Source: Octopus bimaculoides (taxonomy: Eukaryota). Taken from it: a DNA stretch of 64,000 nt. Below, in pieces: positions 1 to 13,015 of the stretch (its first letter is position 1; each line of letters opens with the position of its first letter). Both the position numbers and the translations under genes were made by a program. The DNA is taken from assembly GCF_001194135.2 (NCBI RefSeq), contig NC_068982.1, forward strand, positions 167,208,428 to 167,272,427, given 5' to 3'. Below the pieces are notes generated by a model that was not told the DNA's origin, made no database searches, and saw only the letters and a list, made by a program, of their open reading frames with translations.

Positions 1-36
1 TCTGTTGTTATTTTTTGTATATTCTCCCATATATAC

Positions 37-71
<35 letters not shown>

Positions 72-291
72 GTTCAAAAACACAATAACAAAAAAACAAA
101 AAAACAACAAAGTGAGGACGTGATATGGATAGTATTATTGGACGCTCAGGAAAGGAAAGAGAGAGTGTATGATGTTTCGGGCGTAGCCCTTCGTCGGAAA
201 GATGGAAAGTTCGGAGAATGGAAGAACGGAGAAAGAGGAAAATGGTACCGATGCCCACGAGGTTACATATCTGTCTGTTTTTCTGTCTACA

Positions 292-325
<34 letters not shown>

Positions 326-1427
326 CTCTCTCTCTCTCTTGGTTTTAGTCAAAGACTGTGGTCATGCTGAGGTACTGTCTTGGAGGGGTGTTTCAGTAGA
401 TGAAATCAATCCCAGTACTTATTTTTCTCTCTCTAAGTTTTGAAATGCTAAATAATGGGTGCATAAACAAAGCAACACAAGTTATCAAATGCAGTTAACA
501 GACACACACATATGCATACAGATCTATATCTACATACACACACAGACATATATTATAATTATTATTATTATTTAAAACAGTTTGATTTGGCACCAAGCAA
601 CTTAAAGTTTCATAGGCCCTTTACAGAAACCTAGCCTGTTGGGCTGTGGTAGCCGAATCGTCATTTAACATCCAAATTTTTCATACTTGCATGGGTCAGA
701 TAGAATTTGTTGAGGTAGATTTTCTACAGCTGGATGCACTTCATATCACCAACCCTCACTTGCCTCCAAGCAAGACAGCCTTTTCCCATTGCTAAACATG
801 TTTTTCACAGAAGACTGGATATGAACAACCTTGCTTGTGTGACATGTCTAGATAAAGACACACACACATACACACAACAAGCTTCTTTCAGTTTCCAATT
901 ACCAAATCTGCTCACAAGGTCTGGGTTTGCCTGGGCTATAGTAGAAGACACTTGTCCAAAGAACCACATAGTAAGAATGAACCAAAACCAAATGGCTGGG
1001 AAGCAAGCCTCTCAAACACACAGCTACACCCATGTCTTAGTTATTATTCACCAATCAATGTGATTACAAACGTACAAACAGTACATCTCATGGTGGATTT
1101 TTACATGTGAAACAGTATAGGACGCAACTAAGCGATAAGAACTTATTCAGCAGCAAGGCTCAATCTAGAGTTATTCATTAGTTAAGTTGATAATCTTCTG
1201 TACACATATGTAAATTTAGCTTTCCCAACATTTGTATGCATTTGTTTATATCCAAAAGCTAAGTTTTATCTGATCTTTCTTATGCAAACATTTATTTGCA
1301 ATAGTTGAAGTCTTTCATATTGCAATCAAATACATGTGCAATAATCTTCTTAAATGAATTGTTACTTGAATGCTATAATATTTGCTATACTTTATGAGCA
1401 TTAATGACATGCCAAATTGGAGTAGTG

Positions 1428-1501
1428 CTATTTGTGGGATGTATAAAAAAACAACAACATTAGTTGATAATTTAAACATTTTATAGAGATGCTCCCCACT
1501 C
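1428..1501 (-). CDS. CCDC149: Candidate terminal CCDC149 exon (G-VGSISIKCLNYQLMLLFFYTSHK*)
   Basis: Very strong acceptor TTTTTTTGTTTTTTTTCAG; phase-1 frame reaches TAG at 1430-1428; AATAAA on the minus strand near 1291-1296. No homology support. Confidence 0.35.
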
Positions 1502-1827
1502 CTGAAAAAAAACAAAAAAACCTAGACAATTATTCAAAAATAGTTATATTAATAGCAAAATATAAAACAAAACTTGCGACACAGATAGCACATCCTTGTA
1601 ACAAACCAATTCTAGATGCCCCAGGACACTATTTCATGAATTGGTCAATTTAATATTATATCAACAGGCTGAAGATTTAAAGTCTGCTGATAATGAATGA
1701 AAAACAGACACAACAGTGTTCTCATTATTCTTGCCCAGATTAAAACTGTGCAATAGCAACCACCACAACCACACATGTGTGTGTGTATTCTTTTATTGGG
1801 TTTAGTTTGAGAGCTGTGGAACAGCCA

Positions 1828-1858
<31 letters not shown>

Positions 1859-2061
1859 CGGTTATATTTTAAATGATTGTGTATACTCAGATGTGGAAAG
1901 ACTTGCATTGTGGAAATGTGGAAATTATTCTGCCATATAGAGAATTTTCACAGTGAAGGTTTTTCCATATCTGAGTGTACATGAATATGTTAAATATAAC
2001 TGTACACAAAATTTCAGTCAATGCTGCTTTGAGCAACTCAAAGTAAAATGCATGCATGCAT

Positions 2062-2110
<49 letters not shown>

Positions 2111-2869
2111 AAATATGGTTCTTAAATACTAACAGACTGAGGCAATTTATTGTTCTCAAAGGAACAATAACTATTCAGCTTTATATGTTCAAAAGAAAAA
2201 ACTTTACACGTTTGCACTCACAAAATCGAAGAAAATGTTACACTGAAAACTGTAAAGAAATCATAATTGATCTTAATGCATTATACACACATGAACATGG
2301 GTAGTATACAACTATTTAAACATTATAAAGAGATGTCTTTGGAAAATATGTACGAGTGTCTTACAAAACAAAATGTATATTTATAGACTCAAGTTTGATT
2401 GTTTCAAAATATGCATGTGTGTATATGTGTACACACACACATATATGCATATATATACTTTTACAAACAGACTGTTGCATAAAATAGCTAAAACTGAAAT
2501 CAGTTTTGCACTGATATGCATTGCAATGTTCAGCCTGTTAGCAAATACTACAATGATACTGAAGGAAATGCAAAACACCAAAACTTTTGAACCAAAGAGA
2601 GACAAAGAAAAACTAAATGATCTATTACAGATCCCAGACAGAGTGCGAAACCTGTTTATTAAGAAACTTATCATCAAGTTCATTAAATATCATCATCACC
2701 ATCATTTAATGTGTTTTCCATGCTGGCATAGGTTGGATGGTTTGAGAGGGGCTGGCCAACCGGAGAGCTGCACCAGGCTCCAATTGTCTATTTTGGCATG
2801 GTTTCTATGACTGCATACTTTTCCTTACACATAGGTCCTGAGGACAGCTGATATCTTGAATATTGAGGC

Positions 2870-3370
2870 AATGGTGCACAAGCACCAGTTACGTTGGACT
2901 GGACCCTTATTAGAATGAAGGATAGCAGGATCCCTAAGCAGATGCTATATGGGGAACTTGTGAATGGAAAGAGACCCCGGCAGAAACCAAGACTGTGATT
3001 TAAGGACTGTGTCAAGTCCTCATTAAAGGCCTGTGATATGCAGGAGACTGACTAGGAGAGCAATGCTTGTCATCACCATAGATGGAGGATGCAGGTTAAG
3101 GAGTGGGGGGGGAGGTCAACACTTTTGAGAGAGCACATATTCTACATGAAGAACTTGAGTGTGCTGCTCGAAAGTGCACTGCTGGTGTAGTGAATGGGGA
3201 AAGCTTTGGTAAGCATTGGTTTGCAATGTTTGCAGTCATGTATGCTTGTCAAGTGCAGGGCTCATTAGCCACCAACGGAGCCGCAAATGCAAAATATTAG
3301 TTAGTCCTAGAGCGCACAATGTTCCTGAAGGTCAGCAATTGCCTTCCTCGGTCATGAGTGGATGGCCATC
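2870..3370 (+). mobile_element. 3' end of a second RTE-like LINE family
   Basis: QLRWTG..IRMKDSRIPKQMLYGELVNGKRPRQKPRL*FKD followed by a zinc-finger-like CNVCSHVCLSSAGLISHQR; ends in a (TA)n(TG)n tail. Confidence 0.8.
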
Positions 3371-3434
<64 letters not shown>

Positions 3435-4452
3435 GTAAATGCATTTATAATGGTGAAAAAAGGCCTCACAGAGGAGATGACAAAGAACCAAGACTTCTGG
3501 CAGTTTGCTGTGCTTGAGAAAACAAGTCAAGCTGAGTAAATTCATAGCTGTCCATGCATACAGGTATGTCCTCTACATCCCTCTCTCAGCCAAGAAATCC
3601 TTGTCTTGTGGGCTTATGGGTGCTGGCGCTACATAAAAGTGTCCATATTAGTACCATGTAAAAAGCACCAATGCTGATATCTGGTAAAAGCACTCAAGCC
3701 AGTGCCACATAAAAGCGCCCATGCTGGTGCCATGTAAAAGTGCTCAGTACACTCTGTAAAGTAGTTGGCATTAGCAAGGACATCCAGCAATAGAAACCAT
3801 GTCAAAACAGACAAACGGAGCCCAGGGTGTTCTCCAGCCAGTCAGCTTCTGTCAAGCCATCCAACTCATGCCAGCATGGAGGACGGACATTAAATAATGA
3901 TGATGATGATGATTTAAGTATGTGTTCATGTGTGTGNNNNNNNNNNNNNNNNATATATACAACATAACAGTCTATAACTCACATTCATAACTGAAATGAA
4001 AATGACTTTAATACCAGGTCACTGAAGTGTCTTTCAGGCAAGTTACTAATGCTCCAAGTGTCTTATCTTGGCTAAATAATTAATTTTCATAATCAATAAA
4101 GCTTAATTAAATATTCTCAGATGGTTTGATAAATCTGATGATAGATTCAAACTTAACATTTTCATGCATAAAAACCATAAAAATTATAATAAAACCATCA
4201 CCAGCCAAATTTTCTCTTCTTGTCAAAAACAATTGCAGTGTGCTTTAGAAATTTCCCCATAAAACATATCAATAGGCAAAGAGTAAAGCAAAGAGATATA
4301 TAAAAGAGAAAATTTAAGGCACATAAAAATGTTTCCCTTTCTGAAATTAGAAAAAAATGCATATGGAAGCGAGATATAAATTAAGAAGGGAAGAAATTGT
4401 ATATGAAATACCATGAAGCATTATCATTTCAAGTCTTGAGTCCAAGACTTAC

Positions 4453-4494
4453 CTGATGGACTTGTGTCTGTGTCAGTGCTGAGCAAATCAATAA
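4453..4494 (-). CDS. CCDC149: Probable CCDC149 exon 11 (V-IDLLSTDTDTSPS-)
   Basis: TTTACCTTACAATTAG acceptor, strong CAG|GTAAGT donor, 42 nt, phase 1-1, compatible with exon 10; no homology support. Confidence 0.55.
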
Positions 4495-4774
4495 CTAATT
4501 GTAAGGTAAATAAAACGGTAAGTTGTGTTAAACAAAATGGCCCACAATATAAAAAAGAAGATGAGAAAAAAAATTGATGATTCAAATAGTTTGGTAGACT
4601 TGGTCAAACAAAATGGTAGTCATTATTTTAGACAATATCAGATGAAATGTTTGCCCAATTCAAATTCATTGGTTGATCTGAAGTAAGAAGCTGTTCATAG
4701 CCTTCATCACAAATACAACCCCCAAAATAGAGATGTCCCCTCTATACTAGAACTACAGTAGACAATAGTATATC

Positions 4775-4930
4775 AGCACCCACTACACTCTCTGAGTGGT
4801 TGGCGTTAGGAAGGGCATCCAGCTGTAGAAACACTGCCAAATCAGATTGGAGCCTGGTGTTGCCATCCGGTTTCACCAGTCCTCAGTCAAATCGTCCAAC
4901 CCATGCTAGCATGGAAAGCGGACGTTAAAC

Positions 4931-4968
<38 letters not shown>
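4775..4968 (+). mobile_element. Young RTE-tail copy with long (GAT)n. Other copies: 2690-2815(-), 3620-3912(+), 25430-25633(+), 36228-36510(-), 48140-48290(+), 48810-48972(+), 57370-57560(-)
   Basis: Shared CTCTGAGTGGTTGGCGTTAGGAAGGGCATCCAGCTGTAGAAAC...CCATGCTAGCATGGAAAGCGGACGTTAAACGATGATG. Confidence 0.9.
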
Positions 4969-6371
4969 CATAGGAGAAAATGCAAGATTGTGTCAAACAA
5001 TGATAAACTCAAAATATATCAGAAGAAAAAGCTAACTTCAAAGATATTGAGCTTCCACAATTAAGATGAAAACATTTAATCATGTTTTTAAGTTTTTCCT
5101 TAGGATAGAGGATTGTTTCTGCTTTTTTATTACTATTCGTTTGGAATTTTAAAAATGACGGTCATCAAGATATCCCAGTGTTCTTATTGGCCTGTGGTCT
5201 GCTGCTGGTTAGCATATACTCAAGGGAAGCAACTGGACTGGTATGGATTTAGAACTCACAATGATGATACAGAGAAAGAGCAAAAAGTTGCAGGATGACA
5301 CTATTGGTTATACTAAGTAATCATACATGGCAGGGGGTAAATAAATTTGACCATAGAAAGTTGTCTAATCAGAATACATTAAAATACATCAAAAGATAAT
5401 ATACTGTAGATCAGTCAAAAAAAAGCTGATATGAAAAGAAATGATATTAAACCCAAAACATTGACTTTGATGACAACAAGGATAAGAAAGAAGCTAAGAG
5501 ATTTGTACAAAGTTAAAATAGTACTAGCACATGATGTTAGCAGATAGTTGTTAGTGCAGAGGTCATGATGGTCTGGACATGGGACCAAAGTAGATGGCAG
5601 ACTAATTTAATGATGATAAGAGTCAGTAAAAAAGTGCTATGACATGCTATTAACAATAGCCAGAGAAGAGTTTGATCAAGTTATTATCTATCATTACAAC
5701 TGCTGAATAAAAAATAACATTTATAGAGCACTATAATTGAACATCAGGAAGGCTGGGTAGCTGTGATGTGAAAACATTGTAATGCTAATTTTAATAAACA
5801 AATATATTTTAGGAATAATGTAGCTAGCATCTATGAAATTCAAGACTGTCTATGTATGTATACGGACATGTGTCTCTGTTTATATTGTCCCACATAATCT
5901 TGTTATCATAATGATTGTAGTCTCTCAATATCTATTCTGTTGTTGTAACTAGCTTCAGGTAAATCATTATTAAGCAGACTTATGTTTAGAGACATTCCAG
6001 CCATGATCATACCATTTATTTTCGGGCAGAGGATTACATTAACCAATGTGTCCTTCCGTTTTACAAGATGGTGAAGTGTGATTTGATGGAGATTTGGCCA
6101 CTTTTCTAGCAGACTGAATGACCAAACAGAAGATTTTTCATTGGCTTCACCATATTCATTACCGTATAATATGTATGTTATTGTATGCCATCATTGCTAA
6201 TTAAACATTCCGATTTTTATCTTCTGATTTTTTTTTTCTCAAATCTAGCAGAACAATAAAAATGAAAACAATCTTCCTTTTTATAGTATCTGAATTATTT
6301 CACGCAAAACTGAGAACAGAAGATAATTAAAAAAAAAACTAAAAAAATAAAAACAGAATTCCCTGGATTTA

Positions 6372-6575
<204 letters not shown>

Positions 6576-7370
6576 TTAAATAAAATAAAACAATGTAGAA
6601 ATCATCTCTTACACAATGTAACATAAATTTGTGGACAGATATAATCAAATGAATTGATCCAAGTATATAGCTGGAACTAATTTAATAGTCGAGCAGGAAC
6701 AAAAATCAGAGTGGATCTTATAAGGATTTGAACTCAAGATATAAAAACATGAAACTAATACTGTGCATTATTTAATTTAGCAAATGTCCATTTTTGCTGA
6801 CATACCACCCTTAAAAATATTATTTTCTAATACAAGTATAAGACAACATATTTTTTGTTGTTTTTTTGTGGGGGGAGTAGGGTATATAGTTGATTAGACT
6901 GATGCCAGTATTTAAATGGTACTTTATTTTAATCAATCATTGAGGGTTGAAATGAAAAGATATATTTGAACACAGATCATAAACAGGATATAACTAAATA
7001 CAGCAAATCATTTTATCTGCTGCCCTACCATTTCTGCCATCTACTACCTTGATAATAAATATTTCTCACAAATTTGGGGAAGTGGGTTGGAGCAGTGAAA
7101 ACAAAAACAACTGCAGTCTGATTTAAATTGAGAATGTAGAAGGACAAAGCAAAATGCTGTTAGATATTTAATCTAGTGTTTTATCATTTCTATTATAACA
7201 TTAACTTTAACAATAATGATGGGAAAACATTATTAGCATGTTTAAATCTTTGGCCTATGATTAGGTAGCTCAATATATTATACACGGGGTCATCTTTTGG
7301 AGGTTGAATTAGTTGCAGTATCAAAGAATGAAGTCTATTGAAGAAGAGGAAAATGCAAAATAAATCTTAC

Positions 7371-7509
7371 TTATTTGTTTTCCGCTGATGAGACAAAGCT
7401 AGATTTTTGTCATTGATAGTTTCTAAGAGAGCAACAGCTAAGCCCCGAAGATCTGCCATTGCCTGGACACTTGGAACTGTATATTTCTTATCTTCAATCA
7501 AATGGTGGA
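7371..7509 (-). CDS. CCDC149: CCDC149 coding exon 9 (V-HHLIEDKKYTVPSVQAMADLRGLAVALLETINDKNLALSHQRKTN-K)
   Basis: CTACATAG acceptor, AA|GTAAGA donor, 139 nt, phase 1-2; matches recalled [28 protein letters not shown]. Confidence 0.95.
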
Positions 7510-7694
7510 CTATGTAGAAAGACAAATTCATGGTCAAATTTCTTTTTACACGAAATTAGCAATTTCTTAGACATGGCATGAAATATCACATTTATTAGAA
7601 AGTACTGAAAACAGCACAAAACTTGAGAAGATTTTTTTTTCATACCAAAATTTGTTTTTCATACAAAATTTGAAAGATTTTTTTTCATACCAAC

Positions 7695-7779
7695 CTTGCT
7701 TCTGGCTAATGACCAAGCTGTCATTTCGATTTTGACCAAACTTTAGACCTCCCTTACTTTTCTTTCTTTCTAGAATATT
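7695..7779 (-). CDS. CCDC149: CCDC149 coding exon 8 (NILERKKSKGGLKFGQNRNDSLVISQKQ-V)
   Basis: TTTTCAG acceptor, AAG|GTTGGT donor, 85 nt, phase 0-1; matches recalled NALERRKNSKG...GVLSAKQV. Confidence 0.92.
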
Positions 7780-9462
7780 CTGAAAATATATATTAAACAA
7801 AAGACACCATGTAGATTAAATAGCATCAGTCAAATATTGTACAACATTAACAGATATGTACAGTCAGAGAATACAACAGACTTTGCAGTAATATATTTTA
7901 AAGCGGCAACAATGTGGACACTGTGATAGCATCAGAGCTGAGGATAGTAGATGTGTCAATAAAAGCTTACATGTTTTAATGATAAGATTATGAACAAATG
8001 GCTAAGATTTTAGTGTAAATGATATTAGCAAGTGACCCATTGGAATCAAACCATATGTCTTTCACATAGCAAGCAATTAGAATCCTAAAAGTAAGTCTTT
8101 TGCTGTGGTCTATCTCACATTCATGCTAATAATGTCTAATGAAATTATGATGACAATCTTCAAGTTTCTCAACTCCAATAGAATACAAAAGCAATTATAT
8201 TAAACAATAATTGTCATTTTACTTCTATTTGGAGTTTTGTTTGCAAATTCATCCCTTACTCATAGATAATTTTCATCTTATAATGATGTCTAATGTTTCC
8301 ATTAGTGATTATCTGCCTCTCACTACAAGCATATAACATTAACCAAGACATCATTATTGATTCCTCAGTCACAAATATTAGATATGTATGTGACTGGTGA
8401 AGGGTACCAGCTTAACTTCTCTTGCTCTTGCAGCAAGACTTTGCTCTATTCACAAATGAATGATGTAACAGAGAAATTGGGGGTCCTTAATGGGTTGAGA
8501 AAACATCAACTGCCACTGGGTAATTGTCAACCTACAAACAGACAAGTCATGATAACCACACATAACTGAGTCCTGCCCATACAGCACCAGCTGTTGCTAC
8601 CACTGCTACTTACATATGAAGGAAACAATCTTGTACTTCATTTCTTTAATCTTCAATAATATTCAATTCAAACACTCATACAAGCTACAAATAATCCCTC
8701 TTGACAATCTCACATCAATAGTAACAAAAGCTGCATCCCAAAAATAAGCTCATCTCCTCAGAGCCAGAAAATACATCCACCTCAAACAGTTCCTGACTCT
8801 TCTCTCCAAATGTACCCATTCGGGTTCTCACAGTAGGTACTTTTCCCATCCTATACCACAACTGAATGAATGTCATTCAGCTGATTACTAAGGCTAACTC
8901 ACTAACACATTTTATCTCCCATCTTTTCTATATCTACTATAATGGCATCTGCTCCTCATACTACCCCATCCAAGTCCACCACCCAACACTGTCCTCTCTT
9001 CTTTCGTTGCCCATTGTTTGTCATTCTAAAGCCAGGATACCTCACTCTCCCTTCTTAGAACATCAGCTCTCTGGAATTCCCTCCTTACCCAAGTTTTTCC
9101 TGCAGGTGTTGGTTATACAGCTGTTCAAACTAAGCATTAAGTGCCACAATCTCACCAGTCTTGGAGAGTCTACAAAGGTCAGGCACACAAGCCTTTCCCC
9201 TTGATTAAATCATGAAAAATATTGCCTGATGGAGTGTGTAATATCACCTTAAACAAAACTGAAACATAGTTAATCTAGTGTGTTAAAACTTTTGATCACT
9301 CTCCAATGCTAAAATCAAACTTGTAACCAAATTGTGGTACATTAAGACGTTGCAGAAATATGTCTCCTGAGTTGAATCCAACCAGCTGGAATTGAAGATT
9401 AACCAAAAAATATAACCAAAAATGGATAAAATAAAAAGATAAATAAACAGATGAATTAATAC

Positions 9463-9535
9463 CTTATACTTGGAAGCGGTTGCCATTGCCATTGTTTTTT
9501 CCTCCTCCATTTGTTTGAGTCTTTCTTGTAAATAC
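9463..9535 (-). CDS. CCDC149: CCDC149 coding exon 7 (R-YLQERLKQMEEEKTMAMATASKYK)
   Basis: TGTTGTAG acceptor, AAG|GTATTA donor, 73 nt, phase 2-0; matches recalled RYLQERLKQLHEE...AKYK. Confidence 0.95.
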
Positions 9536-9947
9536 CTACAACATACAATAGATAAATGAAATTCCATGTCATTAGAACTCCCTGTAAGTACTTCTCATCC
9601 AATTACTCAGCTATATAATTTAGATATTTGTTAAGAGCTAGTAGAGTAAAAATCAATGTAAGCACTTATATTAAATCAAAATTATAATTTTTCAGAGTAT
9701 TAACTTTATCCTTAGAATGTATATTTGTAATAATTACACCTTCACAACATTTTGATCATCAGATATCTTATCCTTGGATGATTATATGATCCAAGGTAGG
9801 ATTTGAACTACAGCTGAACTGGATTAAAATCCATCCTTGAATTGCAAACGCTTCCAGGAATAAATAATTGATTAGGGATGAAAACTGATTGAAGTATAGT
9901 AAAGATTAAACAACTGCAAATATATGTGCTGAGGATAAGGTTAAGAA

Positions 9948-10400
9948 TTATCGTCATTGTTTAACATCTGCTTTCCATGCTGGCATGGGTTGGATGGTTT
10001 GACTGAAGACTGGCAAGCCAGAAGGTTGCACCAGGCTCCAATCTGATCTGGCAAGGTTTCTATTGCTGGATGCCCTTCTTAATGCCAATCACTTCAAGAG
10101 TGTAGCGAATGCTTTTTACGTGCCACTGGTATGGGACCAGTCAGGTGGTATTGGCACTGACTATGCTTGAATGATGCTTTTTACATGCCACTGGTATGGG
10201 ACCAGTCAGGCGGCACTGGCATTGGCCACGTTCGTATGGTGCATTTTACATGCCACTGGTACGGGAGCCAGTCCAGTGAGACTGACATCGATCATGCTCG
10301 AATGGTATTTTTTATGTGTTATAAGCACGAGTGCCAGTTAGGTGGTACTGGCATCGGCCACAACAATGATTTCATTTGACTCAACAGGTCTTCTCAAGCA
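9948..10400 (-). mobile_element. RTE-tail copy with 4 x 65-bp tandem unit
   Basis: Reverse-complement tail motif; TGCTTTTTACRTGCC anchors at about 10110, 10175, 10240, 10305. Confidence 0.85.
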
Positions 10401-11149
10401 GATACTTTCACTTCCAAAATATATATTACAATTTTTACCTTTTACTTATTTCAGTCATTGGACTGTGGCCATACTGGGGCACAACTTTGAAGAGGGTTTA
10501 GTCGAACAAATTGACCCCAATACTTATTTTGTTTTTGAGTTAGTTACTTATCCTATTGAGCTCTTTTGCTGAATCACTAAGTTAGAGGGATGTAAACACA
10601 TCAACACCAGTTGTGAAACATATGTAGAAAACAAAACAAAACATGAGTGATTGTTTATAAGATATTTAGTTATGCCATCTTACATATGCTTTATTAACAT
10701 AAGGTGATTAATAATTACATAATGTAAGTTATGTTGCTAGCCATTCCCAAAATGGTGAAGCCTCTCATCTTTTCAATCCAATAATGTTATGTCTAAAAGT
10801 TACTTGTCTCTGATAATTAGACATGAAGTCTTGATTATTTAATTTGCACAACTAATAATCATCTTATGCTAATGAAACGTATTTAAGATGGTGTAACTAA
10901 ATATCTTATAATCAATATCTAGTGTTTTGTTTACTACATAAAATTGGTGTAACACTCAAACTTAGATTTCATAACAAAGGATACAACTACAATACATGAA
11001 CAGGAATACACATGGAGTTCTTAATATTGGTTATTTGTCAAACAGTTTAAGGTATAAATTTAGGTAGGTAGGTAGGTAGGAAGGTGGGTAGATATATTGC
11101 ATATGTATAGTGTTTAATATTGTCTATCTAAAGGTATTATACATGAAGC

Positions 11150-11730
11150 CAGTACAAGCTATGTACAAAGATGCAGTATGTAAAGTGAGTGTCAACAATT
11201 TCAGTGACAAATTTAGCATGAAAGTAGGAGTTCATCAAGGCTCAGTCCTCAGTTTTCTATTCATCATAATCCTACACAATAAATTTTGAAGCTGGTTATC
11301 TATGGGAATTCTTATATGCTGATAAATTAGTTCTCATAGCCGAATCTATAGAGGAATTAGAGTGGTAATTCCAGACATAGAAGCTAAACCTACAATTGAG
11401 AGGCCTCAAGGTAAACTTAGTAAAGACAAAGGTTTTAGTATGAAAGAAAGAAGATAGGACTCAGGTACTTTCAGGGATATGGCCTTGCTTGATTTTTAAA
11501 AAAAAATGAGTAGGTATTAACTCCATAAACTGTACTCAATGTAAGCTATGGGCATATAAGAATTGTAATGGAATCGTAGGCTGGCTAACAGAGAAAGTAA
11601 GCTTCATATGAGACAAATGCACTGGAGCAATGTGTACTATGAACACACTAGAACTAGATTCTCTTACATACTTAGATGGCTCACTAAAAGTAGTTGATAG
11701 CTATTGTTACTAGGAGATTTAATTAGATCT
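11150..11730 (+). mobile_element. RTE-clade LINE RT fragment
   Basis: VQAMYKDAV...VGVHQGSVLS...WE.LYAD.LVLIAES in broken frames; a second, more decayed piece follows at about 11985-12400. Confidence 0.85.
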
Positions 11731-12524
11731 GGCTGCCATTTCTAATGATTTAATTAGATTTCTTGAAGCTCACTTGATGCAAACAATTAGTTTGTATCAC
11801 AATCAGTTTGAGTTAATAAGAAAAGCTATATTTTTAGTGAGTCAATTACAAAGAGAAGATCTAGACTAAGAACAAACTTATCAATTTTGTAGTTTTTGAT
11901 TCGGAGAAAATCGTTAATGTAGTCTTGTGTGTACTAAAGAAACTAATGCAGATGAATAACTTGTAAGAGTCATGTAAGTCAGGTAACAATCAGCAGTGAA
12001 TTCAATGAAAGATTTAGCATACAGAGAGGTGTTCACCAGGGTTCTATCCTCAGCTTTACTTCTATGCATTACAGTTCTGAAGTATACAATACAAGAGTTC
12101 AGGACTAGTTATCCTTAGGGCCTTTTATATACTCATGATAGGCCCAAAGCAGAATCTATTTAAAACATAGATTTTGAGCACAAAGGCTTAAAAATTACAA
12201 TGGTAAATATTAAACAGTTAGGTAGTAATAGAGACTTAGTAACAGACTTTCCAAGTTATAGCTTTATGTTATAGTTTGGAAAGTCTTGGTGAAGTATGGA
12301 GGCAGGAAGTTGGTAGAAATTTAAGTACACAGTGCAAGTAATGGGTACACAAAATATGCAGTGGGATCTCTGGTAGAGTGACTGAAAACCAGGATTTCAA
12401 AAGTACTGTTCCTTCTAAGTTGTGCTTGAGATCATGCATACATATCTTGCAATCATTACATAAAAAATTAGTTGCTTGAAATAGTGTAGAAATTCATAAT
12501 TATATTTATTATATATGTATTAAC

Positions 12525-12682
12525 TATTAGATGCACATGGTTCCTGGTTCACTTCCACTGAGTAGTACCTTAGGTAAGTGTCTTCTACTAAAACCTCAGG
12601 TCGACCAAAGCCTTGTGAGTAGATTTGGTAGACGGAAACTGAAAGAAGTCAGTTGTATTGTATTGTGTTGTGTTGTGTTGTG

Positions 12683-12722
<40 letters not shown>

Positions 12723-13015
12723 ATGCATGAGTGTATGTATGTATGTATGTATGTATGCAGGTGTGAGTGCATGTGTGTTACTGTCTCCTTGTCTTTACAT
12801 TACTTGATAGTTGCAAACAAGTGCTGTCATCCCAGAGTGTCATTCATTTCCAATATCCAGTGAAAACATGTTTGATTACAGGGAAATATCATCTTACTCA
12901 GAAACAGGTGAAGGTTGACAACAAGAAGGGCATCCAGCCAGAGAATATCCACCTCAATAAATTCCATTTGACCCATGCAAGAATGTAAATCTGGACGTTA
13001 AAACAATGGTGATGA
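12525..13015 (+). mobile_element. tRNA-headed SINE with CORE-like block and internal microsatellite. Other copies: 660-1035(-), 20340-20500(-), 42780-43210(+), 44095-44250(-)
   Basis: Shared CCTTRGGYAAGTGTCTTCTACT...CCAAAGCCTTGTGAG...GGAAACTGAAAGAAG and an RTE-like AAGGGCATCC...CCATGCAAG tail. Confidence 0.8.

Noticed and set aside
2373-2810. 145-aa plus-strand ORF containing KEMQNTKTFEPKRDKEKLNDLL
   Set aside because: Begins in a microsatellite, ends in a repeat tail, antisense within the CCDC149 3' region; no recognisable homology.
7970-8001. 31-nt phase 0-1 exon candidate (PFVHNLIIKT) in CCDC149
   Set aside because: The homologous exon 7695-7779 already fills this slot with the same phases.
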